Of a stretch of DNA of 64,000 nt, positions 1-11,355 are shown in pieces. The notes under the pieces are model-generated. The model worked only from the letters and a program-made list of their open reading frames with translations, did not search any database and was not told the origin of the DNA. Within the stretch, counting starts at the first letter, position 1, and each line of letters begins with the position of its first letter. This DNA comes from Lama glama (taxonomy: Eukaryota). The position numbers were made by a program, and so were the translations under genes. The stretch spans positions 33,172,001 to 33,236,000 of the forward strand of contig CM052827.1 in NCBI GenBank assembly GCA_028534125.1, given 5' to 3'.

Positions 1-16
1 CAGCTCATACGACTCA

Positions 17-516
17 NNNNNNNNNNNNNNNNNNNNNNNNNNNNNNNNNNNNNNNNNNNNNNNNNNNNNNNNNNNNNNNNNNNNNNNNNNNNNNNNNNNN
101 NNNNNNNNNNNNNNNNNNNNNNNNNNNNNNNNNNNNNNNNNNNNNNNNNNNNNNNNNNNNNNNNNNNNNNNNNNNNNNNNNNNNNNNNNNNNNNNNNNNN
201 NNNNNNNNNNNNNNNNNNNNNNNNNNNNNNNNNNNNNNNNNNNNNNNNNNNNNNNNNNNNNNNNNNNNNNNNNNNNNNNNNNNNNNNNNNNNNNNNNNNN
301 NNNNNNNNNNNNNNNNNNNNNNNNNNNNNNNNNNNNNNNNNNNNNNNNNNNNNNNNNNNNNNNNNNNNNNNNNNNNNNNNNNNNNNNNNNNNNNNNNNNN
401 NNNNNNNNNNNNNNNNNNNNNNNNNNNNNNNNNNNNNNNNNNNNNNNNNNNNNNNNNNNNNNNNNNNNNNNNNNNNNNNNNNNNNNNNNNNNNNNNNNNN
501 NNNNNNNNNNNNNNNN
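17..516. other. Assembly gap (500 N)
   Basis: Run of exactly 500 n. Confidence 0.99.
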
Positions 517-841
517 AAAAAAAAAGACATAAGCAGACTCAAAGATATGGGAAAAAATTTATGTTTACCAAAGTGGAAAGGAAAGAGAATTCAATGGTAG
601 GACATTGACATATACAAAGAAGTATACATTAATAGAGAAGCAACAAGGATAATCTGTATAGAATATGGAATTATACACAATAGCTTAAAATAATTGTAAG
701 TTACAATTACTGTAATAATTCATAGTGCAATATAATCTACAAAGTGTTTGGGATCACCACGCTGTACATCTGAAACTACACAATATTTTACATCTACTGT
801 ACTTCAAATAAAAATAAAACATATCCTGTAAAAAAAAAAAA
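517..841 (+). mobile_element. L1 3' UTR with poly(A) tail (camelid-type)
   Basis: cagactcaaagatatgg...tttatgtttacc...gctgtacatctgaaactacacaatattttacatctactgtacttcaaataaaa plus an A-tail; collinear with the L1 end at 42870-43200. Confidence 0.85.
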
Positions 842-1089
842 GTTCATGTTCATCACTTTTGGGGAAACAACAGAGAAAACTGAGTGCCCCTAAACTTCTT
901 TCTTCCCCTGGCATCCGTCACCTCCCATTGCTGAACGTTAACAGCAAGTGTATCCTTCCACACCCCTCTCCATGCTTCTAAGACTCCAACAGTTGAATGC
1001 ACGCGTATATAGGAAGGGGTGTGGCATTTATTTTTGTTTTTTAATGGGAGTTTCCTATGCACGTGTTTCTGCTACTTGCTCCTATCACC

Positions 1090-1400
1090 TAACCATACTC
1101 CAGGTCACTGATATACAATGTCCCATTCTATGGACAAACTGCAATTTATCCATCTACAAACATGTCTCTGCTCTCTCCACCCCAGTGATGGGCTGTCAGA
1201 CTCTCCCCAGTTCTCATTGTTACAAATAATGCTGTAAAAACTTTCTTCATCATATATCTAATCTCCCCGGTGCTTTTGTTTCTATAGGAGAATATCCCCA
1301 AGTGAGACTAGGGAATAAAGAAGATAAGTGTGTTATTTGTTTTAATGGATATTGCCGAATACTTTTCACAAAAAGGTTGTAGAAATCTCATTTAGTGTTC
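1090..1400 (-). mobile_element. Old L1 (L1M-type) fragment
   Basis: ttctcattgttacaaataatgctgtaaaaac...ggatattgccgaatacttttc, antisense L1 ORF2-end/3'UTR-like. Confidence 0.55.
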
Positions 1401-1609
1401 ATTGTGATATATTTCAAGTTTCTGCAGACTGGCTTCAGAAATGAAAATAAATTATGAACATAGCATAACAATCATTTTAGGCAATTCATTATGCTTTGAA
1501 GGGGAAAATTCAGCAACCTATCTAAGTTCACAAATAACCAAGTTATTCTAGTTAAATATCTCTTGAGAGACGAGATACCACGATGATTGAGAACCAAGAC
1601 AACCCTGGC

Positions 1610-1735
1610 CAAGGTATTGCCCAAGCCTGACTTACAGCCTCTCTGTGACCTTGAATAAATTAGTTGATCTGTATGCACCTGAGCTTCCTCATAAATGAAA
1701 ATGTAAGTAATAATAGTATCCCTATCATGGAACAT
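1610..1735 (+). mobile_element. MIR SINE fragment
   Basis: tgtgaccttgaataaattagtt...cctgagcttcctcataaatgaaaatg...taatagta core. Confidence 0.7.
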
Positions 1736-1794
1736 TCAATAAAGGGAATCTGAGGAACCTGGCACAGGGAGAGTGGAGAGTCTGATACATGGAA

Positions 1795-1960
1795 GGAGCT
1801 CTGTGTTAGTTAATATTGGGTAAGTTGCTTAACTTCTCTGGATCTCCATTTCCTTACACACAAAATGGGGATAATAATGCCATTTGTCTCATAGGACACA
1901 TACAGTCGTCAGAACAATGCTGGTCTCATGTTAAGTTTTCAAGGACATTAGCTAATGTCA
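1795..1960 (+). mobile_element. MIR SINE fragment
   Basis: ttgggtaagttgcttaacttctctg...caaaatggggataataat. Confidence 0.75.
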
Positions 1961-2424
1961 CTGTTAAAATGCAATGCTCACCTCGAGGAACCAGGCTTGT
2001 GTACCAGTGCAGATCTAAATGTGGGGTGGATGGTGCTCACAACCTTCCAAAACTCAGGAGAAAGCTAAGTTCCTGCCAGGCTGACGATAATACTGAATTC
2101 TTAGAAGACTAGGCAAATCTTCTGGCACGCAGAAAGAATTCAATAGGCACCTTTGGGAAAATCTGTTTCTCTCAACGGTGAGTGATGAACATTCATCTCT
2201 TCCTGTAGCCAAGACACTCAGCATTTGAAGCACCTTAAGCAACTCCATGTTGGCAACTCACCCAAGCAATGGACTACTTCTTTCCAGGGTACTTCTGCAG
2301 CTCTGGTCTTCCTGGGCCACGTGTGCCCAGGTGAACAACTTGACAACTGAGGTTACCAAATGGCATTGCATGCAAGTGGCCTGGAGCATTGGGACAAAGT
2401 CATTCATCCATTCAAGGAACCTAC

Positions 2425-3430
2425 TTTTTTTCTTTTAATTGAAGTATAGTCAACTTACAATGTTGTGTTAATGTCTGGTGTAGCATAGCGAATTCCTTTA
2501 TACATATACATTCCTTTTCATATTCTTTTTCATTATAGGCCATTACAACATATTGAATGTAGTTCCCTGTGCTGTACAGTAGGGGCTTGTTGTTTACTAT
2601 TTTACATATACTAGTTAGTATTTGCAAATCCCAAACTCCCTATTTATCCCTCCCCACCTCCTTTCCCTTCTGGTAACCATAAATTTGTTTTTGATGTCTG
2701 TAAGTCTGTCTCTGTTTTGTAAATAAGTTCATTTGTGTCTTTTTTTTCTCTCTTTTTTAGATTACACATAAAAGTGAGATCATATGGCATTTTTCTTTCT
2801 CTTTTTGGTTTACTTCACTTAGAATGATGATCTGCAGGTTCATCCATGTTGCTGCAAATGGCATTATTTCATTCTTTTTTATAGCTGAGTAGTATTCCAT
2901 TGTATATATATATATACCAAAACATATTTATCCAATCATCTGTCAACAGACATTCAGGGTGCTTCCATGTCTTGGCTACTGTAAATAATGCTGCTGTGAA
3001 CGTTGGAGTGCATGTACCTTTTCGAATTAGAGTTTTCTCTGGATATATGTTCAGGAGTGGGATTGCTGGGTCATACGGCAATTCTATTTTAGCCTTCCAT
3101 AGTGGCCACACCAATTTACATTGCCACCAACAGTGTAGGAGGTCTCCATTTCCTCCACATCCTCTTCAGCATTTATTATTTGTAGACTTTTTAATGATGC
3201 CCATTCTGATCAGTGTGAGGTGATACCTCATTGAAGTTTTGATTTGCATTTCTCTAATAATTAGCAATGCTGATTAGCACATGCATCTTTTCATGTGCTT
3301 ATTGGCCATTTGTACGTCTTTGGAGAAACGTCTGTCTAGGTCTTCTGCCCGTTTATTGACTGGGTTTTGCGACTGAGTTGTATGAGCTATTTGTATATTC
3401 TGGAAATTAAGCCCTTGTCAGTCACATTTT
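2425..3430 (-). mobile_element. 5'-truncated L1 (camelid/cetartiodactyl type), end of ORF2 plus 3' UTR
   Basis: T-tract then ttgaagtatagtcaacttacaatg; ORF 2869-3114 encodes the L1 ORF2 C-terminus [15 protein letters not shown]...[13 protein letters not shown]; very similar to 41806-43251. Confidence 0.95.
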
Positions 3431-3892
3431 GCTTGCTCCTTCTCCCCTCCTCTCATCCCCCTCCTCCTCCTCCTAATTTTCATTATCCTAGGACTAGCTT
3501 TCCCTCTGGGATACCATGGAAGGGGGAATGGATAGAGATTAGGATTTAGAAATTCCTGGGTCCTCTGGCTGTGATAAAATCTCAGACTTGCCATAACTCC
3601 TCACTTTCTGAAAAAGGAAAAATGTGATGCAAGATTAGGAGAAGGGACCAGACTAGATGGGTCCCTGGCAGGATGAGGGCTTCCCTCTATGTAGCAGAAA
3701 GCTAAGTCTAGGGAAGACAAAAATGTGATTGTAAAAGTGGAGAGTGGAGGGCGAGGGTCTACCAGACAGATGCTGGGAGGCCCTGAATGCCAGTAACTCC
3801 TCACATGACTTAGAGTTTCACCTACTAGTAACATCCTTAGCAACCCCACAAATGCCCCCAGCCAGAAATGCTAAAATTAAGAAGAGAAACTA

Positions 3893-4013
3893 GGGAGTAG
3901 GGTATAGCTCAGTGGTAGAGGGTGTGCTTAGCATGCACAAGGTCCTGCCAGTATCTCCACTAAAAAATAAATCAATTTTTAAAAAAACCTAATTACCTGC
4001 CCCCCCCCAAAAA
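3893..4013 (+). mobile_element. Vic-1-type tRNA-Ala-derived SINE lacking its B box
   Basis: gggtatagctcagtggtagag...cttagcatgcacaaggtcctg, then aaacctaattacc and an A-tail; TSD aagaagagaaacta (3879-3892) / aagaagagaggcta (4014-4027); the ggttcaatcc segment is deleted. Confidence 0.92.
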
Positions 4014-4199
4014 AAGAAGAGAGGCTAATTTCACTTCTACTACCTGCCCACCCCTATTCACGTCCCAGTCCCAGACACTTTGACGCAGACGACTGTGAAG
4101 AGATGGATGTCGAAGGATAAATGTCATTCGTCCCATTAATTCTCCAGATCGCTTTGCAGATTTCCTCTGTTCTGAGATGGATGGTTGGTGCTATGCTCA

Positions 4200-4380
4200 T
4201 AATAATGACCATCACACCCTACTATTTGTTTAACATTTTACAACTTACGTGAACTTATTTGACTCGCACAGCTCCGTGAAGTAGGTATGACAGTATCATT
4301 TTAACAAGGGTATAGGTGAGAAAACTGAGCCCCAGGCAGGTGAAGTCATGGCCTGGCCAAGGATTGCCAAGTCTGCAAGT
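4200..4380 (-). mobile_element. MIR SINE
   Basis: gtgaagtaggtatg...aggtgagaaaactgagccccaggcaggtgaagt...ggccaagg. Confidence 0.7.
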
Positions 4381-5257
4381 GTTGTTTTATCTAATAAGTT
4401 ATCTCAGGTTCTCTATCAGGAACAAAAATCTCCAAAGGAGTTTAAAGAGTCAGGTTAATCTAGCCTGAGGCTTGCCTATTATCCATGGCTCCAAATACAG
4501 TCCATCCCCGGGGAAAAGACCACCAACTCCCCTTCAGACAAAGGCACATACATGTTTTGCATAAAGTTAATCTTCAGGACCCCCAAACCCACAGAGCTCT
4601 CTCCTTTAAGAACCATGGATCTTATAAAAACCTGTTGCTGGTCAGCTTTCTTTACAGACAATAGAGTAAATTCAGCCCTCCTCTCCAGCCTCAACCACAA
4701 CTCACCTTGAACTAATGAAGAGAGCAAGAACACAGACAGAAGACTGCATGGGGGTGTCAGTCTGAACGCTGCGGCACACTTAGCAGGAACGGAGCAACAC
4801 GTTCCAAACATCCCAAACCCCTGCTGAGGCAGGTTGTCTGGCTCTGAGCCCATGTTCTTTCTCCAGCCCTGTTCCTCTGGTGCTGCCACACTGGAGCACC
4901 CACAGAGCTGGGAGGTCCAGCAGACACCCATCCAGGTTAAATCAGGAAAAAAGAGACCCAGCCAGGAGAACAAGGCAGGGAGGAGTAAGGAGGCCCCAGA
5001 GAGGTGAGCGGTTCAGACCCAGAGCAGGAAGTGGGAGCAGTGAGCAAGCTCAGAACCTCTGAGAGAAGCAGGACAAAGGGGTACTGCCCCCAAAGGCAGT
5101 CCTCAAAAATATTTCCCACACAGTCTAGCAAGTCCGTCTTTTTTGGAGTTAATACATCCTATCTATGAAATGCATCAGGGAAGCTTACAAACTCTCACAA
5201 ACTCTCAGTTGCTCACACCATAGTAGATCTCTTTCTCTCTCCCTCATCCCACCACTA

Positions 5258-5322
5258 ATCTATCTATCTATCTATCCATCCATCCATCCATCCACCCACC
5301 CACCCATCCACCTATTTATCTA
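5258..5322. repeat. (TCTA)n/(TCCA)n/(CCCA)n compound microsatellite
   Basis: atctatctatctatctatccatccatccatccatccacccacccacccatcc. Confidence 0.9.
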
Positions 5323-5479
5323 GCTCATTCATGCTGGCGATGAGCAGCCCTGTATCCACAAGTGTTGAGCATTAAAAGGTGACACAAATTTGTGAGTGAA
5401 TTCCATCCCTAGGTGAAGCAGGGGCAGAGATGCTGAAATTATCTCACACCTTCAGCCAGCTATCTCTCCCCACCTTTTT

Positions 5480-5775
5480 CCCATCCATTTATCCACTCAT
5501 CTGGGTGCCAGTTATTAATAATCCCAACTACATATCTGGGCCTTTGAATGAGATCCACCCTCTTTCCCAAGAACCTCACAGTCCACAGGGAAAGGCAGTT
5601 AGATGAACAACTGCATTGCCTAGCACCTCAGTGGGGACACAGAGTGGCATGGAAGGCTTCAGAGAGGAGGTGACAGGTAAGCAGGGCCCTAAAAGACAAG
5701 TAGGAGTTGACCAGGAGGTCAAGGTAATCAAAGGGCATTCCAGGTGGAGGGCATGGCAGTGAAAAGTCAGAGTCT
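5480..5775 (-). mobile_element. L2 fragment
   Basis: ggaaggcttcagagaggaggtgaca...taggagttgaccagg...agggcattccaggtggagggcatggca. Confidence 0.7.
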
Positions 5776-6161
5776 GGGAATATCAGGGCCAAATCCAGAG
5801 TTAGCCTTAGGAGGAATTCTCTTTTATTGCTGGTTTGAGACAATAACTGGAATAAAGGTTCCCATAGTCTCCGGTCATGGGTCCTATTTGGGGTTGGCCT
5901 TGCTAGAGTGGAAACGGTGATACAAGGAGAAAGAAAAGGCATAGGGAACAGCACCACAGGAGTGGGAATAAGTCAAGTTCTGGGAAGAGTGAGAAGGCAA
6001 GCCAAGCTGTTTTGGTGAATTCAGGCACTCCTCCTGGCCTGCAAGGGAGATGGGAGGCAAGGTCATGGGGAGAGACCACAGAGGTGGCCTTTCAAAAATA
6101 AAGTGCTAGGCTGCTGACACATGATTTTTCTTTCTGGGGTTCATTTAGTAGAAAAGTATAT

Positions 6162-6520
6162 TGCCTTAGTCCACTTGGGCTGCTCTGCCAAAATACCAGA
6201 CACCTGGTGGCTTATAAACAAACATCAGGAACCTATTCCGCACAGTCCTGGAGGCTGGGACATCCCGGGTCAACATGCTGGCAGATCCGGTGTCTGGTGA
6301 GGGCCCACTTCCTGGTCCATCTTTCCTCGTCCTGTCCTCACTTGACAGAAGGGACAAGGGATTTCTCTGGCGTCTGTTTTATACAGGCACCAATCCCGTT
6401 CATGAGGGCTCCCAATCACCTCCCAAAGGCCCCACCTCCAAAGACCATTAGATCAGGGATCAGGTTTCAACCTATGAATTCGGGAGGGTGGGGAGGACAC
6501 AACACATTCAGTCTTTAGCA
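6162..6520 (-). mobile_element. MaLR solo LTR, MLT1A/MLT1A0-like
   Basis: tgccttagtccacttgggctgct...cagatccggtgtctggtgagggcccacttcctggt...cattcagtctttagca; full length. Confidence 0.92.
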
Positions 6521-7039
6521 GGTATGGTCCTCCAAATCCAGACCACAAAAGTGTTCCCCACATTCACTCCATCAAACAGAACTGCTCTGAAGTTAACAAA
6601 TTCTACTTTTTTTAAAAACAGTAAAATCCCCAGGGAATAGTATGACGGGCGATCCTTTGTTCACACCTGATCTTTTAAGCAGTATAGGCATCCCTTTTAG
6701 ATTCACTGTAACGAAGAACTGTGAGTTTCCATGTGAGAAGGGGGAACGAGGTTTATAAGAGGTCCTCAGCAGAGCAGGCAGCATTCAGAGCGGAGGTCAG
6801 GAAAAGCCTGAAGTCAGCAGAAAACACCCAGGCCCTTGGGTCGGGCAACAGGAGGTGGGAGGGTACCAATGGCAAGCTCTGTCCATTCTCCATCCTCTAA
6901 GGTTTCACTGATGGGAGTTAAACTTTGGTGCCACTGAGCATCTTCTCCCACAGTCCGTGATCATCCGGCCAGTAAACGCCTGCAGCTGAAGAAAACAGCT
7001 GTTGGAAAGGATTGTATTCATCATAATCCATCACAGCTT

Positions 7040-7250
7040 TTTAGCACTTCCTCAGGGTGGCCAGCACTAAGTACTTCACACACGCATATTGCCAATGAAT
7101 CTCCCCCACCTCCCAGCCAGGTGGTGGTTTAATCCTCCTTTTACGGATATGAAAACAGACTCAAGAAAGTTGCGTGCCCTGGATCACACAGCTGGTGAGC
7201 AGCAGACATGACACCTAGTCCAGGTCTGCTTTTCTGCGAAGCATCTGCTT
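7040..7250 (-). mobile_element. MIR SINE
   Basis: ttttacggatatgaaaacagactcaagaaagttgcgtgccctggatcacacagctggt. Confidence 0.7.
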
Positions 7251-7459
7251 TTACTCGCCAATGAGACATTCCACTTGTCCCAGCACCTGGACAGAGTGGG
7301 GACCCATGCAGGCTGACATCCTTGGCTGATGGTAGGCATTTGAATACAATGGCACGGCCCTGAGAAAATGATGGCCACCCCCATATCTTGATCAAAAACA
7401 TGATGCCTTTGTCTTCCTGGAGAAGTCTGAGACATTAAATGATCCTCATTGAAGGTCCT

Positions 7460-8180
7460 TGCATTCCTCTCCTGGGGCTGCTGTGAACAAAGTACTGAAA
7501 ACAGGGCGGCTTACAAACAACAGAAACGGATTTGCTCACAGTTCTGGAGGCTGGAACCCCGAAATCGTGATGCTGCAGGGTCACGCTCTCTCTGACAACT
7601 TCAGGGACGGTTCCTTCCCTGGCTCTTCTCGCTTCCAGAGCTGGCCAGCGATTCAGCCGCCTTGGAGGCGCAGCACACCTGTTATAATGCCGTCTGCTCC
7701 CTGCGTGTCTCCACACCATCTTCCCTCTCCGCGTGTCTGGCTCTGTGTCCAAATTCCTTTGTACAGGGGCATCAGTCTTACCGGATTAGGACCCACCCTA
7801 GTGACTTCATTTCAACTTGATTACCTCTGTAAAGACCCTATTTCCAAATCAGGTCACATTCGAAGAACTGAGAGTTAGGACTTCAACGTATCTTTTTTTA
7901 AAAAAAATTTTTGTTTTTTCTCAACTTTTATTTGTAGTTAGTTTGCACGCTTACTTTTTAAACAGGTTTTAAAATAGATTTATTTTTATTTTATTTATTT
8001 TTTGAAGAGGGAGAGGTAATTAAGTTTATTTATTTATTTACTAATTTTTTTAATGGCAGTACTGGGGATGGAACCCAGGACCTCGTGCATGCTAAGCGTG
8101 TGCTCTACCGCTGAGCTAAACCCTCCCCCTCAACATATCTTTTTGAGGGGGTAGGGAGGCATAATTCAACCTATAATGTA
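7460..8180 (-). mobile_element. MaLR solo LTR, MLT1C-like, interrupted by a SINE
   Basis: ggctgctgtgaacaaagtac...ctcacagttctggaggctgg...ggattaggacccacccta...aagaccctatttccaaatcaggtcacatt...ataattcaacctataa. Confidence 0.9.
7898..8129 (-). mobile_element. Vic-1-type SINE with extended tail
   Basis: Antisense head gtactggggatggaacccaggacctcgtgcatgctaagc...ctaccgctgagcta; TSD tcaacgtatcttttt (7883-7897) / tcaacatatcttttt (8130-8144). Confidence 0.95.
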
Positions 8181-9143
8181 CCTCAATTGCTAATCCTCAG
8201 AGTTCAACTTTGACTCATTTACTGCCTGCCCTGGCCTCTAGCCCTGACCTGAGAATAGTTATGTCCTCAAGCCCCCACAGTACTGGAGGTGGTCTCTGTC
8301 TATGGCCGAGACAGCCATGTCCCCAGCCCTGACCTGACCCTCACTCCATCCAAGCACCATCCCTTTTGTGCTGTCCACCAGATTCTATGAAGTGCAAAGA
8401 GGCTCCTTTCCCGGCAGCTGGCCAATCTCCCTTCCATTCCCACTTGCTAATGGCATCTGTCAGCTCAGCGCTAACCGCAGCCCTTTTCTGTCATAATCAG
8501 CTCTTTGTCTGCTGCTTCCGGCTGGGTATTTACACACAGCTGGGGACAGTCAGCCCTTTTCCCCAGCACTATCGTGTGCTTAAGAAGAAAAACCTAAGCC
8601 TTTTTAATCAACCACCATCCTTCACTGTGGTGGAAGCCGACAGCAGATCCACTTCACCTTCCTCCACCCCACAGATGTATCCCCAGGGTAAGAGGGGGTG
8701 GGGCGGGGCCTTGGTACCAATACAGCTCACAACAATAGCATCTGTACTGCTTTTCTAAGCACTTTCCCATCCACAATGTCTTGCAGAGAAGCAGCGGGGT
8801 AGGAATCCCCATTGGGTAGATGGGGGAACTGAGCTCAGTCTCTGCCATTAAGTAACTGGTCAGTGGTCTCTTAGGCCAGGTCTCCTTCTATTTTGTCACA
8901 TCTCTCCTGCCCAAAAGGCTGAGAGAGAACTCATTATTTAAATAAATGCTGAGTAAGGAGGACAGCTAACTTCTAAGATGTCCCATGTTCTTCTAGCCAC
9001 ACTAGCTTTCATTTGGAGAAATGTACTAAGTTCCATTGTGCCCCTGGGCCTTTGCACCTGCTGTTCCTGCTACCTGGAAAGCACCTCCCTCCAGTATTCT
9101 TCCTTCAAGTATCAGCTCATGCATCATAGCCTCAGAGAAGCAT

Positions 9144-9698
9144 CTTTCTTTTTTTTAACTTTGCAGAGAAATAATTACCAAATATAATTGCATGTATTTA
9201 AAGTGTACAATGTATAAACAAGTTTACACCATGTAGAACAGGAAACTATATTCCATATCTGTAGTAGCTTATGGTGAGAAAGAATATGAAAACGAATATA
9301 TGTATATTCATGTATGACTGAAGCCTTGTGCTGTACACCAGAAATTGACACATTGTAAACTGACTATACTTCAATAAAAATTTAAAAAACAAATAAAAAT
9401 AAAAAATAAACAACTAGTGATTTGAAAATAAAGTGTACAATGTGATATTTGATATACATATATACTATAGAATAAATAACAAGACCAAGATTACTAACAC
9501 ATCCATCACCTCACATAGTTAACTCTTTGTGTGTGTGTGTGGTAAAAATGCATAATAACCATGCTCAGCAGCTTTTAGGTGCACAATACTGTATTATTAG
9601 CTATAGTCACCATGCTGCACATTACAGCCTCAGAACTTAGTCTTCTTATAACTGAAAATTTGTACTCTTTGACCTATGGATGAATAAAGGAAATGTGC

Positions 9699-9730
<32 letters not shown>

Positions 9731-10009
9731 TAAACATATGATGGAATATTATTCAGCCACCAAAAAGAAGGAAATCCTGACATTTGCAACAACATGGATA
9801 TATCTAGATGGCATTATGCTAAGTGAAATAAGCCATTATAAGCTAGAAAAAGACCAATACTCTATGGTATCATTTACATATGGCATCTAAAAACCAAAAA
9901 AAAAAACAAAACTGTTTCATAGAAACAGAGAGTAGAGCGGTGGTGGCCAGGGGCTGGGGGAGAGGGGAATGGGGTGATGTAGGTCAAAGAGTATACATTT
10001 TTAGTTATC
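9144..10009 (-). mobile_element. L1MA9-like 3' end with inverted 5' portion (9144-9676 minus, 9677-10008 plus)
   Basis: Antisense terminal 3'UTR abuts a sense upstream segment (ORF 9693-9890 MEYYSATKKKEILTFATTW); candidate TSD gagaagcat/gagaagtat. Confidence 0.85.
9214..9428 (+). mobile_element. Short camelid L1 3' end inserted in the older L1
   Basis: agaatatgaaaacgaatatatg...gaaattgacacattgtaaactgactatacttcaataaaa; perfect 15-bp TSD taaagtgtacaatgt (9199-9213, 9429-9443). Confidence 0.95.
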
Positions 10010-10468
10010 GAGAAGTATTATTGATGCTGTAGGCTGGGTCACCTCTCTCATCACATACTCTTGTAGAAACTTCCACCTCCCCCAAATGTTTGTCACAAGC
10101 AAAATTAGTTGATTTATCATGGGATTATATATTTAACAGCATCTTCCTTGGTAGACAAAGGTCAGGAACCAAGATTGTCTTGTTTATTCCTAATCCTCAA
10201 CCCCCCTTGTTCATTCAGACTTTTTAAACAAAAACCACCTTTAAAAATGTATGTACAGACATTTACTCTGCCTCAGGGTTATACTTGATATTGCAAGAAC
10301 TGCCCAGTTGAACAACCCCCCCAGTCCTATACCTGGCTCAATAAATATCTGTCAAGTGAATGAATGAAAGTTATCATCTCTATGAATTGTCCCCCAGCCA
10401 ACAGAGCTACCCCTTCCTCTGGACCACTCCCCTATCCCCAAGCACTTTTTTGGTAACTGGACTATAAC

Positions 10469-10616
10469 TAAGGTGACAGTATGCAAATCTGACACATTTT
10501 TGAGACATTCACATGATACCTAAGTTCATGATCTACCTGATCTACACATTAAACAAAATGCTTGAAATGGGGACCAACAGAAAAGTCTGTGTCACAGAAG
10601 GGCTGTGGTTCACCTA
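10469..10616. mobile_element. hAT-Blackjack-like MITE (MER81/MER94-like)
   Basis: Degenerate termini taaggtgac...gttcaccta, resembling the tagggtgacc TIR; lies within an L2 3' end. Confidence 0.45.
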
Positions 10617-10619
10617 TGA

Positions 10620-10765
10620 CACTAGGTTGTAATTAGTGTCGTATTTGTCTCTTTGTCCAGTTCATGAATTCCTTGAGGACAGTGACCATGTATTACTCCT
10701 CTGTTTCCAGGACACAGCACAGGCAACAAATCTTTGTGGAATCAGTGAATCAATAAATGAATCGG
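10620..10765 (+). mobile_element. L2 3' end
   Basis: tgaattccttgaggacagtgaccatgt...gaatcagtgaatcaataaatgaat. Confidence 0.65.
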
Positions 10766-11181
10766 TAAGCACACTGAGAAAGAAAATACTTCACAATGCC
10801 AGCAAATTGCCTAATAAATCTGCTTGATGAGACTGAGTTTCTTTTTAACATCAGAATTTTCTTTAATAAGAGACCACTTGAATACATGTTAGAATGAAGA
10901 TTTTTCTGTTCTGTTTTCCATAAAGTCTTTCTCATAGCCTTACAAGTTTGGGAGCCCCTTGTGCTATTTTCCATTCTGATCATCACAAAGCACATCAGCC
11001 TCCTAAACCCAGAACCCACACCATAGGAAGAAATATGCACCCTCTGAGGGATGATCCATTATCCCTGGCCAAAGCTGCTCTTAATATTTAGGAATAAGCC
11101 CAGCAGCCAAAAATGGAGGCAACAAGAAAGCTTAGAAAGAGGAGAAACTTTGAAGTCAGACTGACCCGACTCTTCGGGGAC

Positions 11182-11355
11182 CAGTGCTCTTCATCCGCTA
11201 TTCAACATGGAATCACTTGGTGGGGGAGAAGGGAGGATCTTGTTAATACGCAGATTGATTCTCTAGTTCTAAGCTGGGGCCTGGGACTCTGCATTTACAT
11301 TAAGCTCCCATGTGATGCTAATGCTGCTGACTGCCAGTCACCCTTTAAGTAGGAA
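11182..11355. mobile_element. MER5A-like hAT-Charlie MITE
   Basis: ggggcctgggactctgcatttacattaagctcccatgtgatgctaatgctgctg. Confidence 0.75.

Larger units (their letters stand above)
8990..10370 (+). mobile_element. L2 3' region split by an L1 insertion (L2 parts about 8990-9143 and 10010-10370)
   Basis: gggcctttgcacctgctgttcc...ccttcaagtatcagctca...ctcagagaag; ends cctggctcaataaatatctgtcaagtgaatgaatgaa. Confidence 0.7.

Noticed and set aside
4479..4973. 164-aa ORF, and similar ones at 23069-23596, 30368-30874, 35955-36434 and 43400-43900
   Set aside because: No homology that I recognise; several overlap MIR or MER repeats.
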